Both the position numbers and the translations under genes were made by a program. The notes beneath the pieces were generated by a model. It saw only the letters and a program-made list of their open reading frames with translations, was not told the origin of the DNA and made no database searches. A stretch of 63,155 nucleotides of DNA, the filler included, from Asterionella formosa (Eukaryota), in the NCBI GenBank assembly GCA_002256025.1. It is 16 parts of 16 records of this genome, joined end to end, with 100 filler letters (N's around TTAATTAATTAA, not from the genome) between each part and the next. Parts side by side here need not be neighbours in the genome. Positions count along the whole stretch, not along the records: positions 6,335 to 37,852 come from NKIB01000638.1; 15 more parts are not named here. The stretch is one strand, 5' to 3'. Shown in pieces: positions 11,657-23,730 of the stretch. How positions within the stretch are numbered: position 1 is the stretch's first letter; each line of letters starts with the position of its first letter.

Positions 11657-12464
11657 ACAGGAAATGAAAGTACCCTTGATTGACAATTTTTGGTATGTTT
11701 TCAACCGTTTTTCATCCTCCAAATCCAGGCATACCTTGTATTTGGCGTCGCAACGCTTTCCAATACAAGGTATCAGTCGTTTGATTTTTTTCACACAAGG
11801 TTCACCTTGTATTGGCAAAAGGTTGGTATGTCAAGTCCAATACAACAAGGTAAAAAAATCCGGGTATCACTTCAATTCAAGGTATTCCTTTATTTGTTGA
11901 GAGAATATCATCCAATACAAGGTATTCCCTGTATTGGACTCTGTTTATTTCCAAATACAAGGTGGTGACATTTTGCAATTCAATGTCTCCCCTGTATTGG
12001 AATTTGGCTGTTCAATGTCACATCCCAATACAAGGTGACAATATTTTCCAATTCAAGGTTGCCCCTGTATAGGGTTTTGACGGTACTACGTCTCATCCTA
12101 ATACAAGGTGACAATATTTTGCAATTCAAGGTTGACCTTGATGTGTTTCCTGGTAGCACTGGCTGCTTGTGGCAGAGATATTGATAATGATAAATCAAGC
12201 GGCACAGGAGGTTGTTCTGTTGTTGAGTAAACCCTCAGAATAATACTGGTCAATGTGATTTTAACAAGGGTTTCAAGGCGCAAAATATTATATTCTGTAA
12301 GTTCAGTTTTTTGGTGATACTTCTTACCTCATGGCCCTAGAAATTGTACGCAGAGCCATATTACCGTATTAGCTAAAATAATACAGAGGGTGAACCTTTT
12401 CGGGCAAATTACTATCTTATGGACCTCGTGGTGGAATCCAATACAAGGTATTTTCGTTTCTTGT
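11657..12464. mobile_element. MITE-like element with imperfect ~26-bp TIRs and internal AAT(A/T)CAAGGT repeats
   Basis: Left ACAGGAAATGAAAGTACCCTTGATTG versus reverse complement of the right end ACAAGAAACGAAAATACCTTGTATTG. About a dozen AATWCAAGG copies in both orientations. Confidence 0.55.
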
Positions 12465-12673
12465 CTTTGACGGTATGCATGTACATACGTATACTCCTCG
12501 GCCCAAACAAACAGAGCGGAAGGATATCAAACGACAGCATTGGTTCTTGACTGCAAATTGGGAGTCTGTTATCACCAACTATCCAATTGTGAGCGGAGCA
12601 ATCTCGCTTGAGCACGCCTTCATAACTTCGTAGAATTTCGTAAGAAGCAGACTGCAAGAGAAATTGAGAGATA

Positions 12674-14081
12674 ATGCCCGTACAAGTCATTACTGCCGGG
12701 GGAGCCAAAAACCCGCCAAAGCCCAAGCCAACGAACTCGTCAAGACCACGAGCAAAGGAGCATCAACACATACCTGACGAAGATGAAAGTGTGCTATTGC
12801 AGATCAAGCCGCTGATTGTCTTAGAGGATGAGACAGAACAAGCGTCTGCCGAAGCGTCCGTTCAGAAGCAAAACCCCCCAAAGCACATTCGAACGCAAGC
12901 CTCCGCAGCTGAGCCCCTAGACGCCCTATACAAGAGCCCCAGTGCCGAAATGTCACCAGAAGAGTCGAACATGATACAAAATGTTTGGCTATTTATTTGC
13001 TTTTTCGGTATCATGATGTCATTTGTCTGCTATGGGCTCTTGTTGGAGTACGCAACCAGCGGTGGCCGTCAATTGCATGAATTGAGCTTTCTATTTGTCA
13101 CTTCTGGTTTGTATACGTTGACAGCTGCCGCAGGTAGACACGTACGTGATGAAAAGCCATCATCAATACCCCCTGCACGCTTTGCCATTCTTGGACTGAC
13201 TAGCATGGGATCAACGTTTTGCTCTGTTCGTTCCTTGCGATATGTCATCTATCCGATTCAAGTGTTGGCCAAGAGTTGCAAGCCAGTTCCCGTTATGCTT
13301 ATGGGGGCTATAATGGGAAAAAAATACCCATTGCGCAAGTATTTGAATGTGTGTTTGATTGTGTCTGGTGTAGCCTTGTTTATGGGAGGGTAAGTGCAAT
13401 GTTTTGGTCGAAATCTAATGTGGATTGTGACTCGCCTGACACTTTTCGGTTTTTAGTGGGGATTCATCGAAGAAGAAGGGAAGCGACGATGTTGACACTC
13501 CTTCACAAATGATTGGAATATTATTGCTTTTCGTATCCTTGTGTTTCGACGGCGGTACAGGTGCTTACGAAGACAAACTTATGGCTGTCCACCATGTTGG
13601 TCCGTTTGATCTCATGTACAACATTCAACTTGGTAAGACAATTCTGGCAGGAGTGAGTTTGTTAGTGCTGAATCAAGTGCACACATTCATTCAAATGTGC
13701 CAAGACATGGGATTCTTGCTGATTGCTCTTGGTCTTAGTGGCGCTTTGGGTCAAGTATTTATTTTTGTAACAATTTCCAAGTTTGGTGCCCTCACCTGCA
13801 GCATCATGGGACTAGCGAGAAAGATAGCCACACTAGTCGCTTCGATTTTCTTCTACGGTCATTCTCTCAGTGCCGTTCAATTTACTGGTCTTATGATTGC
13901 TGTGGCTTCCATGGTGATGAACTTTTGGGGGAAAAAGGGCGGTGGAGGCCATGGCGCTCCATCAGCAATCCCTGCGGACGAGATGCCAAAAGTATTTGCC
14001 GAACCCTACCATGACGACGACGGAGGTGACGTTGAACTGGCAGGCCAAGAAGAGGAAAGGCTGATCGATAATAACAAATAG
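12674..14081 (+). CDS. Nucleotide-sugar transporter, SLC35B1/UAA family; exons 12674-13389 and 13457-14081
   Basis: Motifs YGLLLE, SLRYVIYPIQVLAKSCKPVPVMLMG, SLCFDGGTGAYEDKL and GQVFIFVTISKFGALTCS...RK. The 67-nt GTAAGT...TTTTAG intron restores the frame. Confidence 0.93.
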
Positions 14082-14189
14082 ACTGCACAACTGATGTTAA
14101 TGATTCAATCAGCATTAAGCTCACAAGCGTGAGGGTTTGGCTGGACAGATCAAGGCGAATGTCCCCACTCTCTTGTTATTATTGTTCGT

Positions 14190-17100
14190 TTATATTTTAA
14201 TGTTCATAGTTTTAGCAAGAGCCTCTAGCTCCATGAGCACACCAGTATCCATTTCAATGGAATTCCACAAGTTTTTGTGTATACAAAATTCCAAACACTC
14301 CTTTGCAACTCTTTGCCCGTTTTCAATCATTACTTTTTTAGTCATATCATCAACATCTGATCGTTTTGCTAGAAGAAGACAAATTTCAGCCGAGATTGAG
14401 TTGCAAGCTCGTCCATATCCCCCAAGCGAGTTATTGATGACTGTTCCAAAGCAGAGATTATCATCGTGAACAGCCCACTCCAAAATTTCATCAAGATTCT
14501 CAATTTCGTCGTCCTTGTGCCCATCAAGTTCTAGCAGCATCATTATTGGGTCGTATGCTGGGAGGCAGAAAGTGAAAGCACCTTCGCCAAAATATTCGTC
14601 GAATGGAGTGACAACATACTGGATGAAGATCTCCAGTATCTCCAGGGATCTGTTTGCTTCCTTCATCACCCATATGGTTGGGTAAAGTAAAATGCAAGCA
14701 TTATGAACATTGCGAGAGTCCATTTTTGGCATAAATTCATTGAATATGTACTCGCACATCCCCACGGCTTCGTCCATTCGACCAAGTAGCTTGAACCATA
14801 AGCAACTCACTCCAAAACACTGAGCGGCGCGATCACTTCCGTAGGCCTCGCTAATGAGCCCAGAGAGTTTGTCAACGTTATAAGTACCTTTTAGTTCATC
14901 TAAGACCGCAAAAGCTCGATCATAATTACGAAGCCTTCCATGCATTTCAGCTTGCATTGCCAGTGCTCTTGCATAGTGGATTGGGTCCCCATTAAGCCTA
15001 GTTTCGCTGACGAATCGTTCTACAAGTTTTTGCTCGTAAGTACAGTTCTCATCTTGCTCGATTTGACCGAACTTGAGAGCAAGAAACAGACCGCTGAAGA
15101 TCGGAAAGACAATTGAACGATCTGGAATGCGATCAGCACAAGAACAAGATTGTAGTATTAGCAACGCATCCTGAAATGCAACTACGCTGTCTCCTCCTCT
15201 GTGCACGTTCGCAAGGCACTTTCCCAGAGCAACATGAACATTGATGACGAATTCCAAGTCACTGACGGTCATGGATTCCAAGACATCCTCACTTAGACCA
15301 CTTATTCCATCATCTGATCTAGTTTCGGAAACTCTCCATATCGAGAGGGTGTCTTCGTAGAGCTTGATACTCTGCTCATATAGTCCTAGGCTCTCAAAGC
15401 ACTTCCCAACAGCGAGTGCAATATTTACTGCTTTTGAAGTCTCACCAGCGGATCTCCAGTGACTGAAGATTTTCATTTGCGACAAGTAATCATGGACGTC
15501 TTCGCTTTGGTGACGATTCTCAAGAATTTGAGCAATGGTTCGATGGATGTGTTTCTTGCGCGAGTCAAGCATTAGCTTTAAGATGGATGTTCGCCAGATA
15601 TCGTGACAGAACTCATAGCTTTTCTTTGTGAATTCATAAGGGCTGGAGTCTTCTTTTGATGTGCCTATGGTGGAATTTTCATCCAAAGTGCTGAGGAAAA
15701 TGAAGCTGAATGGGTCGCAAGCGCCGTCAGCATCGGCGTCTCCACCTAGGCAGGTCTCGATCAGAATACCCTCCGCGACAAGAACATCTAGGGCGTCGTG
15801 AATTTTTCGGGCTTGTTCCCGTTTTTCGTTTAGAGATGTTCCAGCAAAATGCTGGGTAATTGCAATTACGTCAGCCAACTCAAAATTGAGCCCGATGACC
15901 GCACCTAGATTCAGTACATTTCGAACAGGTGCGTCAAATGCGTCTAGCCGAGCGACAATAATATCTCCAACAGACGAATGTGAAAGTGAACCTTCCCCCT
16001 TCTCTTTTGCTGTCCAACCAAACATATCACCAACCATGCCAACAGAGTTTCTTCGTCTCGCGCTTGAAAGAATTTCGCTAGCGAAGTGAGGCATGCCTCG
16101 GGATTGTGTGAAAAGATCTTTTTGGAAATCTTCACAGATATCGCTGTCTTCTATTCCAAGGTTCTTCGCAATCATTTGCTTAATGTCGTCCACTTCGAGC
16201 CTTTTGAGGTGTATTGAAAAAAATCGCCCATGATCTGCGTCCTTTCTAGTAAGATGTTCCCAAAAGTTGGTGTCAACCATTAGCTTATTCGTTGACAAAA
16301 GCCTAGATGTACAAATAACGAGAAGATTACGCGTAGAGCCGTACAGCTTCTCGACGACGCGCCAGGACATCTCGTCCATTTGGTGCACATCATCAAATGC
16401 TAAGACTGTCAAGCTCGAACTTCTCGTGCATCGTTGAAAAATTTTGTCCATGAAGTTGATCGTTGCTTGCAGATTCGGTATCTTCTTCGATTTCAACTGT
16501 CCCGCCTGGACAGTAGACTTATTAAGACCAAGCAAGTGATGACCAATTAACTCAACAAAATCAGGAGGGGCATTCAATTCGTCACAGACAGCTAAAATTC
16601 TGTTGATTTTATCACTTGATCCAGAGGTAATAGATTTCGACATTCTTGACATAACAGATTGCTGAGACTTCAAGTCCCATTCGAGATTGCAAGAGTCTGA
16701 TCCTCCCGACCGCGATCCGCCAGATCGAGATCCGACTGATCGATATGTACCCATTGACTTGTCATCTCGTATTAATTCTAAATCAGCCAGAAGGTCAATA
16801 AGAACCGATCGAAACATACTGAATGGCACAAGGAGGTCACTTTCGCGGCATACATGCTTTGCTATTATGAGTTTCTTCCGACCTCTGCTCATAATACGCC
16901 GGATATGATCAATAGCATGAATCGCTAAAGTGCTCTTGCCAGTCCCACTTTCTGCCTCCACAAAAATTATCTTGGATTTTGAAGGCTTCGTTGTCATGAT
17001 TCGGGCGATATCAAGGATTTGAGTCATTTCTTCTTTTCTCCCCACAAAATCAGGTTTTACACGTCCCCAACTACGCTCTAACGAGCTCAACGGCTGGAAA

Positions 17101-19217
17101 ATTCGAACAGGTTCAGTGTAACCCTTTGCTGTTACTGGTGCAAGGGCCTGGAATGCATAATCTTTACCAGCTTTAAGTCGAACAGCTTCATCCACCAAAA
17201 TTCCTGGGTTTAGTGGTGAACACATAAGACGTGCAGCCAGATTTACCGTCGGTCCCATCACTGCATACTCGTGTCGCTCTAATCCGCCAACTACGCCACA
17301 ATACGCATTTCCTACTGTTCCTCCGACGAGATTGAAAACACCCAATTCATTTTGCAAAGCAGAGTGAATCGCCGTTGTCGCTGGCAGCCCCCGTTCTGTC
17401 ACTATGTTTGGCGATGTAGAGCCTCTTAGGCCAAATGTAGCAATAAGAACGAGCCCTTTGTCGTCCACAATGAATTGCCGAAGATGACCATGAAAACGAT
17501 CCAACTCACGGGTTGTCGTATTCATGATACTGTTTAACAACTGATAGAGCTCCTCATCCTTGTTAGCATCGCCTGTGATAATTACTCGTACTCTTGGCAT
17601 GCTAATGAACAATACATAGACTGTTCGAAGTTCAGCCTCTTCAGAATGCCTTTGTTGAGCTGTACTAGCAAATCTTGAACTTGCATTCAATTCATTGTCA
17701 ACAACCACAGGATGGACATAAAGGCAAATAAGTTCTCGATACTCTTTTAACAGATTCGTGTCCCATTCTTCCCACTTATGAGTGACATAGCATCGTTGTG
17801 GTTGATCATTTAATCTCGGCGTGAAACTTGACACATCTTTCCTTGCGATTAGCGTCGGCACTGGTACCGATTTGATGGTACCACTTTCGTTCAATGTTTT
17901 ATAGCTACTGAGAATGATTGCTAGCGCCTCCGGGGAAGCTAAAAGTTCACCTAGGGAGGCAGCATCGGATGCTGCTGCCACTTGGTCTATGGGATCTCCT
18001 AGTATGAGATATTCTCGTCGCTTTGTGTTATCGCCGACGTGAACACCGGTGATTGTACCTGCTCCCAGACCGCAATGAACATTCAGTGCAGCGACTTGCT
18101 CACCAGCCCCCGAAACCATTCTGCCTGATTGACCATTCATGAAAACTGGGTAGTCGGAACACTCGTTCACGATCTTTGCGCCACATATTGCTGCAGCAGC
18201 AACACATTCTGCTAGCGTTATTTGTCGTCGATTTGAATGCATCATATCTGCCAAGTCATGGATGGCTTCAGAAGCTTGCCATTCTGCAAAAAGTCCGTCC
18301 CCTGCGAACTTTAAGACATCTCCCCCATGAGCTGTCACTTGATTGACGATGACCTGGAAATAGGCGTTGATAATTTTTGATAGACTTTCCGGATCCAGTA
18401 CGGTAGACAACTTCGTAAAACCAGAAATATCGACGAAAAGCAGAGCGCACTCATAAGTCGCGGCGTATGGTAGACGGAGACCAGGGTGACTTGCATATGA
18501 CTTGGCAGATGTGGCCAGTGAGTTGGGTTCCTGCCCATCATCGGATTGAGTGTTTCCAACTTGGCTACGTTCAAATTCTTCGAACAAAAAACCATCTTCA
18601 GACTTTAAATCCAAACTTAGTTCACTTATGTCTCCAGTGCTTTTAAGGGAATTTCGTCGACCGCCGTTCTGCAATGATGACTTCGCAATGTTTGTATTAC
18701 GCCATTTACTTGTACTCGTCCGTTGTATCCCGCCAGGGGGTTGTACGTCCACCTCTTCATCTGGAATTATAGAAAGACTTTCATTAAGGCAGGATTCATG
18801 CGATAGACCCTCGTCTGTCTCCTCCAAACCGAAGGTTCGAATTTCTTTGAGTAGTGCTGCCTGGCTTTCCTGACTACACTCATCGATGGAGTCCTCGTCA
18901 GACCAGGAATTGGACGAATCGCTGTTCAGAGAATTTTCAATTTTGTAGCGCAATCGAATCTCCTGACCCAATCTATTCAGAACACATACAGGCAAATGAC
19001 TGCCAAGCCAGTTGACAGATGAAATCAGACTCAATCGCTCGGCCAGAGCTTCAACAACTTCGCTAGCCCGGCATTGTGTCTGCATGACTTGCACTAAATT
19101 TGAAGCCTTTTCGTCTGCTTCGGGTGTCTTGGATATGGCTGATAACGACGTCCTACCACTAGGACCCTCAGTTGCAGCGAGGTGATGTTCATGATCGGTC
19201 ATGGTCATGCTGGTCAT
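14190..19217 (-). CDS. Soluble adenylyl cyclase-like (ADCY10 type): two class III cyclase domains, STAND/AAA ATPase, TPR-like C-terminus; paralog 1
   Basis: 1675-aa uninterrupted ORF. C1 has FVDISGFT and GGDVLKFAGD. C2 has FIVDDKG and HEYAVMGPTVNLAARLM. Also FVGRKEE, Walker A AESGTGKST and Walker B LAFDDVH. Confidence 0.93.
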   Translation of the reverse strand: MTSMTMTDHEHHLAATEGPSGRTSLSAISKTPEADEKASNLVQVMQTQCRASEVVEALAERLSLISSVNWLGSHLPVCVLNRLGQEIRLRYKIENSLNSDSSNSWSDEDSIDECSQESQAALLKEIRTFGLEETDEGLSHESCLNESLSIIPDEEVDVQPPGGIQRTSTSKWRNTNIAKSSLQNGGRRNSLKSTGDISELSLDLKSEDGFLFEEFERSQVGNTQSDDGQEPNSLATSAKSYASHPGLRLPYAATYECALLFVDISGFTKLSTVLDPESLSKIINAYFQVIVNQVTAHGGDVLKFAGDGLFAEWQASEAIHDLADMMHSNRRQITLAECVAAAAICGAKIVNECSDYPVFMNGQSGRMVSGAGEQVAALNVHCGLGAGTITGVHVGDNTKRREYLILGDPIDQVAAASDAASLGELLASPEALAIILSSYKTLNESGTIKSVPVPTLIARKDVSSFTPRLNDQPQRCYVTHKWEEWDTNLLKEYRELICLYVHPVVVDNELNASSRFASTAQQRHSEEAELRTVYVLFISMPRVRVIITGDANKDEELYQLLNSIMNTTTRELDRFHGHLRQFIVDDKGLVLIATFGLRGSTSPNIVTERGLPATTAIHSALQNELGVFNLVGGTVGNAYCGVVGGLERHEYAVMGPTVNLAARLMCSPLNPGILVDEAVRLKAGKDYAFQALAPVTAKGYTEPVRIFQPLSSLERSWGRVKPDFVGRKEEMTQILDIARIMTTKPSKSKIIFVEAESGTGKSTLAIHAIDHIRRIMSRGRKKLIIAKHVCRESDLLVPFSMFRSVLIDLLADLELIRDDKSMGTYRSVGSRSGGSRSGGSDSCNLEWDLKSQQSVMSRMSKSITSGSSDKINRILAVCDELNAPPDFVELIGHHLLGLNKSTVQAGQLKSKKIPNLQATINFMDKIFQRCTRSSSLTVLAFDDVHQMDEMSWRVVEKLYGSTRNLLVICTSRLLSTNKLMVDTNFWEHLTRKDADHGRFFSIHLKRLEVDDIKQMIAKNLGIEDSDICEDFQKDLFTQSRGMPHFASEILSSARRRNSVGMVGDMFGWTAKEKGEGSLSHSSVGDIIVARLDAFDAPVRNVLNLGAVIGLNFELADVIAITQHFAGTSLNEKREQARKIHDALDVLVAEGILIETCLGGDADADGACDPFSFIFLSTLDENSTIGTSKEDSSPYEFTKKSYEFCHDIWRTSILKLMLDSRKKHIHRTIAQILENRHQSEDVHDYLSQMKIFSHWRSAGETSKAVNIALAVGKCFESLGLYEQSIKLYEDTLSIWRVSETRSDDGISGLSEDVLESMTVSDLEFVINVHVALGKCLANVHRGGDSVVAFQDALLILQSCSCADRIPDRSIVFPIFSGLFLALKFGQIEQDENCTYEQKLVERFVSETRLNGDPIHYARALAMQAEMHGRLRNYDRAFAVLDELKGTYNVDKLSGLISEAYGSDRAAQCFGVSCLWFKLLGRMDEAVGMCEYIFNEFMPKMDSRNVHNACILLYPTIWVMKEANRSLEILEIFIQYVVTPFDEYFGEGAFTFCLPAYDPIMMLLELDGHKDDEIENLDEILEWAVHDDNLCFGTVINNSLGGYGRACNSISAEICLLLAKRSDVDDMTKKVMIENGQRVAKECLEFCIHKNLWNSIEMDTGVLMELEALAKTMNIKI

Positions 19218-19508
19218 TCCTTGTCCGAGAATTGACTATTACCGCTACTGTAATACTAGACGACACTCCGGAATACAAGTATATGTACCGGGTATGTAGT
19301 AAAAATTAAGGTCTGTAGAGCATCTATCTGGTACAATAATTGATTACATACCGGTATACCGATAGGATGACACCCGTATAATAATACGTACCTGCAAAAA
19401 GAAGCAGACTTACTGGTAGCCACATTCAACTCCAGCCATAAACGATAACGGTTTTGCACTGGTCCAAATCATTTTCAGTACATCAAAATCAAGTTTAAAG
19501 AATTATTT

Positions 19509-20290
19509 TCAGAAAAAAGTTTCCCCAACAAGAAATTGTCTCTTGCATTTTGTGAGTGCCATTGTAAACGACCCATTTTGTTCTGGACTGTCCCCAACTT
19601 GCCAGTATGACGGGCCATAGTAGTATGGCACCCCAATGCAGACGTTCCATTTCGTTGCAGCTGTGTTGATGTATTGCAGGAACAGTAGGTCGAATCTGCT
19701 ACTGTCCATCAAGGAGGATAAGGAAGGGTGGGACTCTGTCAGTTTGGTCGAAAACTCCAATTTTGTCCACAGTCTTTAGCATTTCCACAAGCAGCTCTGC
19801 AGTGATGCTTCCAATTTTGGAGCAGCAGCAAAAGGAAGGCATGTGGTGGCCATTGAAGTTGCAGGTTGGTCCCATTGGATATCTTCTTCCCCTTCCAGTA
19901 TTTCTGGCAACATCGTTTTCGTATCCAATCAAATCTGCAGTAGTAGGATCAAACCCAAGCACCCAAGACTCTTCCATCATCTCTTTTCCAGCAAATATTA
20001 TAGCACACATCAAAGGCATCCCATGATTGGCAGCTGTGAAAACCAAGACTATGATGTGGCTAACCGTTGTGGCACTGCATATCTGAGGTTGTTGACCAGT
20101 TGCAGACAGTCGTTTCTCACCTCCAACATTCCCATCTTTTGCTTGAGATGTATTTGATTCTACCTCATCCACAAACAAGAGCTTGTCTGATTGTATCAGC
20201 TCTTATTTTGTTTCTAACCCAAAAGCTTCATGTGCATGTTCAACAATTAATCCTTCCTTGCTGAGCTTGACTTTTGCATAGGAACAATTT
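19509..20290 (-). pseudogene. Decayed pogo/Tc5-like (DDE_1) DNA transposase
   Basis: Frameshifted fragments FVDE..SNT, VLVFTAA..G..LMCAIIFAGK, GSITAELL, FLILLDG/SRFDL.FLQY and SYWQVGD..QNGSF carry the pogo-type DDD pattern. Confidence 0.75.
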
Positions 20291-22639
20291 TGAAGGCATG
20301 GTATTTTCAACAGATACTACTAATCAAAACAACTCGTCAAAATTTTCTCAACAACAAAACAATTCATCATACTTTGGACTTGGTACATGTTGGTCCAACA
20401 AATCTTCAAGTTCTCCCATGGAATTGTTAAAATTGGAGAAAGTGGTAGTTGGTTTTTGAACAAACAACATTCTCACGGCTTATTTGGACATGACAATGTA
20501 AAGGAAGTGTTAGGAAGAATTCCTTGCAATGTGACGAGCAATAGTTTTGTATACAAGCACATTTAACATAATTTGGAACAGAGGAAAAATAGATATTCTT
20601 CATTTGAATGAATGCCTTGCTGTATGTTCAAGTGCCGCTAAATTGAGAATGTTTGGATGTTTTGCCACTCCTTTCAGAAAGGCACTAAAAAGAAGAAGGA
20701 ATAATCATATAAATGAATCCCCAAAGTAATGAAGAGGATCTGGTGGAATAATCAAATTTGAAGTACCCATTTATTGGTGATTTCCGTATTGTATGTAAAA
20801 AGATGTTATCAATCTCCATCATGTATCTTCTAGGATTTTCAGCAACGGCAACTCGATTTAAACTGAATTTCATTCATTCCAAAACTTGACACTGTGTCAC
20901 TAATTTTTATCAGAGTGTATCATAGAGTAACAAGGCGTGAGCGATGACAGGCCAGCTACATACATCTAAATAAATCTGAGCAGTAATATGCAAATGCGCA
21001 GCCTAAATTCAAAATAACCGGAATATAATAACAAATATCATAGTATCATGTGACGGAGCCTGTGTATACATGATACTGGTACCAGGTACCAGTACCCTGG
21101 TACTGGGAGACTCGTAAACATGTTTTTGTCAGCACATTGACCATGTTGATAATGGGCCATTTCTCCATCAAAATGACAAACGAGTCGCTTCGCCTTTCCA
21201 GTCTATTATATCATTGTATGTACGATGCAATAGAAAATAAAAATAGATGTATCTTTAAATTGCATAGCAAACAAGAAATTACAAATCTACAATGTAGAAG
21301 AATATTCGTCAATTGATAGGAATGTCTACTAGTTCTGCCAATGTACAAGTATGAATATATTTATTCACTTACAAACTTTTCTACATATTTATACATACAT
21401 ATGCTGCCAATAATTCAAATCGTGTTTATATGGTCCATTTTCTTTATCGCGATTTGAAAAATCAAAGCACAAAACTGGGTTGTTTCTACAAATCAAGTCA
21501 ATGATAACCTTTGCGGCTTGCAAAGATTGAATATGAGAATATGAACAGAAAGTGGGTATGGTATGCATGGAAAGGAAAAATCTCCTCACGATGATCGATT
21601 GTTGGGTTGACAGACTCTAAACGATTGCTTTCTCCTAAAATGATTTAATTGCTCATTTCGCCTGTTGTTAACGACCAATGAGGCATCAGAAAATTGGTAA
21701 TTTTTCCCGTCAGTGGATCGATTCACAACTGTTAGAGCATAACTAACAAATGCGTGTTGCTTCATTCAGGGTGAAGTTAAACAAAAATTAAACGTCATTG
21801 GGTGTGCGTGTTTATTGACGATTAAAATACGCATCCGTTACTTCGATTTGTGGTAAGTGAAGATAGAATGGAACTGTTTGTTGTAGTGATAACATAAAAT
21901 GACTATGATTAATTCCTTTCCATTGCTAGTATGACTACATAGGGGAAAACCAATCAATCAACGGAATAGCGACAATTTCAGAGTCTGAGAAACAGCAGCA
22001 GGGAAGGGGACGAGACATCAAAAAATGCCTGACATGAGATTTAGAATAGAATAAGAAGGAGACGATATATCAAGCATTATCTGACACAAGATTCAGAATA
22101 GAAAAAGAAGGGTGTGTGACAGGAGCAAGCAGTGAGCTGACAAGAAAGGGGAACATTGTACTGCGACTAGCAAAGTAGATATTGGTACAAATGAAGCAGA
22201 TAAAATCAAAAACTATTTCGACTTACTTTAAACCGCGACTTTGATTAGAATGATGATCATGTTAGCTAAGATAGATAAATGATAAAAATGCACTTCATAC
22301 GATTAGAATTAAATATTCTTATGGTGACTTCTTGACGTAATTAATATCAGTCGATGATGTGAAATTCAAAAAACTACAAAGGCTTATGGCTTACGATATT
22401 GAAAAGAATTGTCTTTGAAACATTGATGTGTATTGTATGATCAGTTTTTGTAGATTCAAATTGTTTCTGTCAAATTATGATGACAAATAAACGCGTAAAA
22501 TAATCATATGATAATTTAAAGTGTGACGATATTATCATACTTCTATAATTTGATCATACATATACATGGAAATGTATTATATGCTGAAAAATCCTGTGCC
22601 ACTTAGCGTACAATACCTTGATCCTACTTACATGATACT

Positions 22640-23730
22640 TTAATTTGCAGACGAACCCTTTGCAACTCTAATTGCCTCACACTTGAAATCAAACATAACT
22701 GTGAAAAACTTAGTAGCATCACCTTTTTGGTTCTTCTCAAGGAGCCTATAAATCGACTTGCAGAAATCGATAGAGTGCACTAATGAGTGCAAAATGGAGC
22801 AAAAATCCAAGTCACCTTTGGAACGGTTCTCTAGCATGAATGACATGTTATGAATGAAATTTGCCATTAAAGGCTTCCTGTTATCGACTAAAGATTTGTC
22901 CCCACTTTTAATTCCTTCTGAATTAGTATTGTGTGCAGGTAAACCACCTCGAAGTAAATTAGAATCATTCAGTTCAATTCTTGTATGAATGGTTGGACCC
23001 CATTGTTTCAACCACGTATTTGCGACTCTTTGTAAGTGTCTTTATTTTTAACAATCATGAAAATCATGAACTCATGGATACAAGGATTTAAATGAATCCA
23101 TGGACTTCTCTTAGAATCCTCGAAATCCTCACCCATTTTTCTTGTTCTTGTCATATTTCTTGAACTTCCCTCTATGCTTCTTTGCCCAGCCGGTTCTGGC
23201 ATGACATGAACACATTCCAAACGTTTATTCAGCATTTGGCCAAACTATCTTGACAGCTCTGTGACAGGCTTCTAAGAAAGTAAAATCCGTCATTGTCTGT
23301 ATAGTATTCGAAGGTAGTTCCGGTTCCCAGCACCAAGGAGTGTCACGAAAGGGAATGGGTAAAAAGTCAGTTCGTGTTGGTGTGGCGCCTGCAGGTGACA
23401 AGATAATGAATTCTATGTTTCTGTACTTAACCACTTTGTTATCCAAACTGGAATCACTCTCATTCTGATGAATTTTCTGCAGAACCATTGTCAGATGACT
23501 CATCATCTGAGGAGCTGGAAGAACTAGACATCCCGGGTGGTGGATGGTTAACAAAAATTTATTTGAGCCCATGCGGATTTGACACACAATTGGGACAAGC
23601 AAGCACTGGTCGCAAAGGTAATGGACAATCCGAGAAAATGTGCACTCAAATTTGAGGCAGCACTACAAATCTTTCTGGACCATGATGATGTTAAGAGAAA
23701 GTATTTGAAGCTTGGAGAGTAACCCAACAT
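22640..23730 (-). pseudogene. Possible decayed Mutator (MULE)-like transposase
   Basis: Broken ORFs contain MTDF.....HRAVKIVWPNA and GLPAHNTNSEG, resembling the MULE motifs DF..A...V.P.a and TNN..E. Confidence 0.35.

Noticed and set aside
11720..12135. CRISPR-like array
   Set aside because: Repeats are ~10 bp, irregularly spaced and in both orientations. No cas genes, and the context is eukaryotic.
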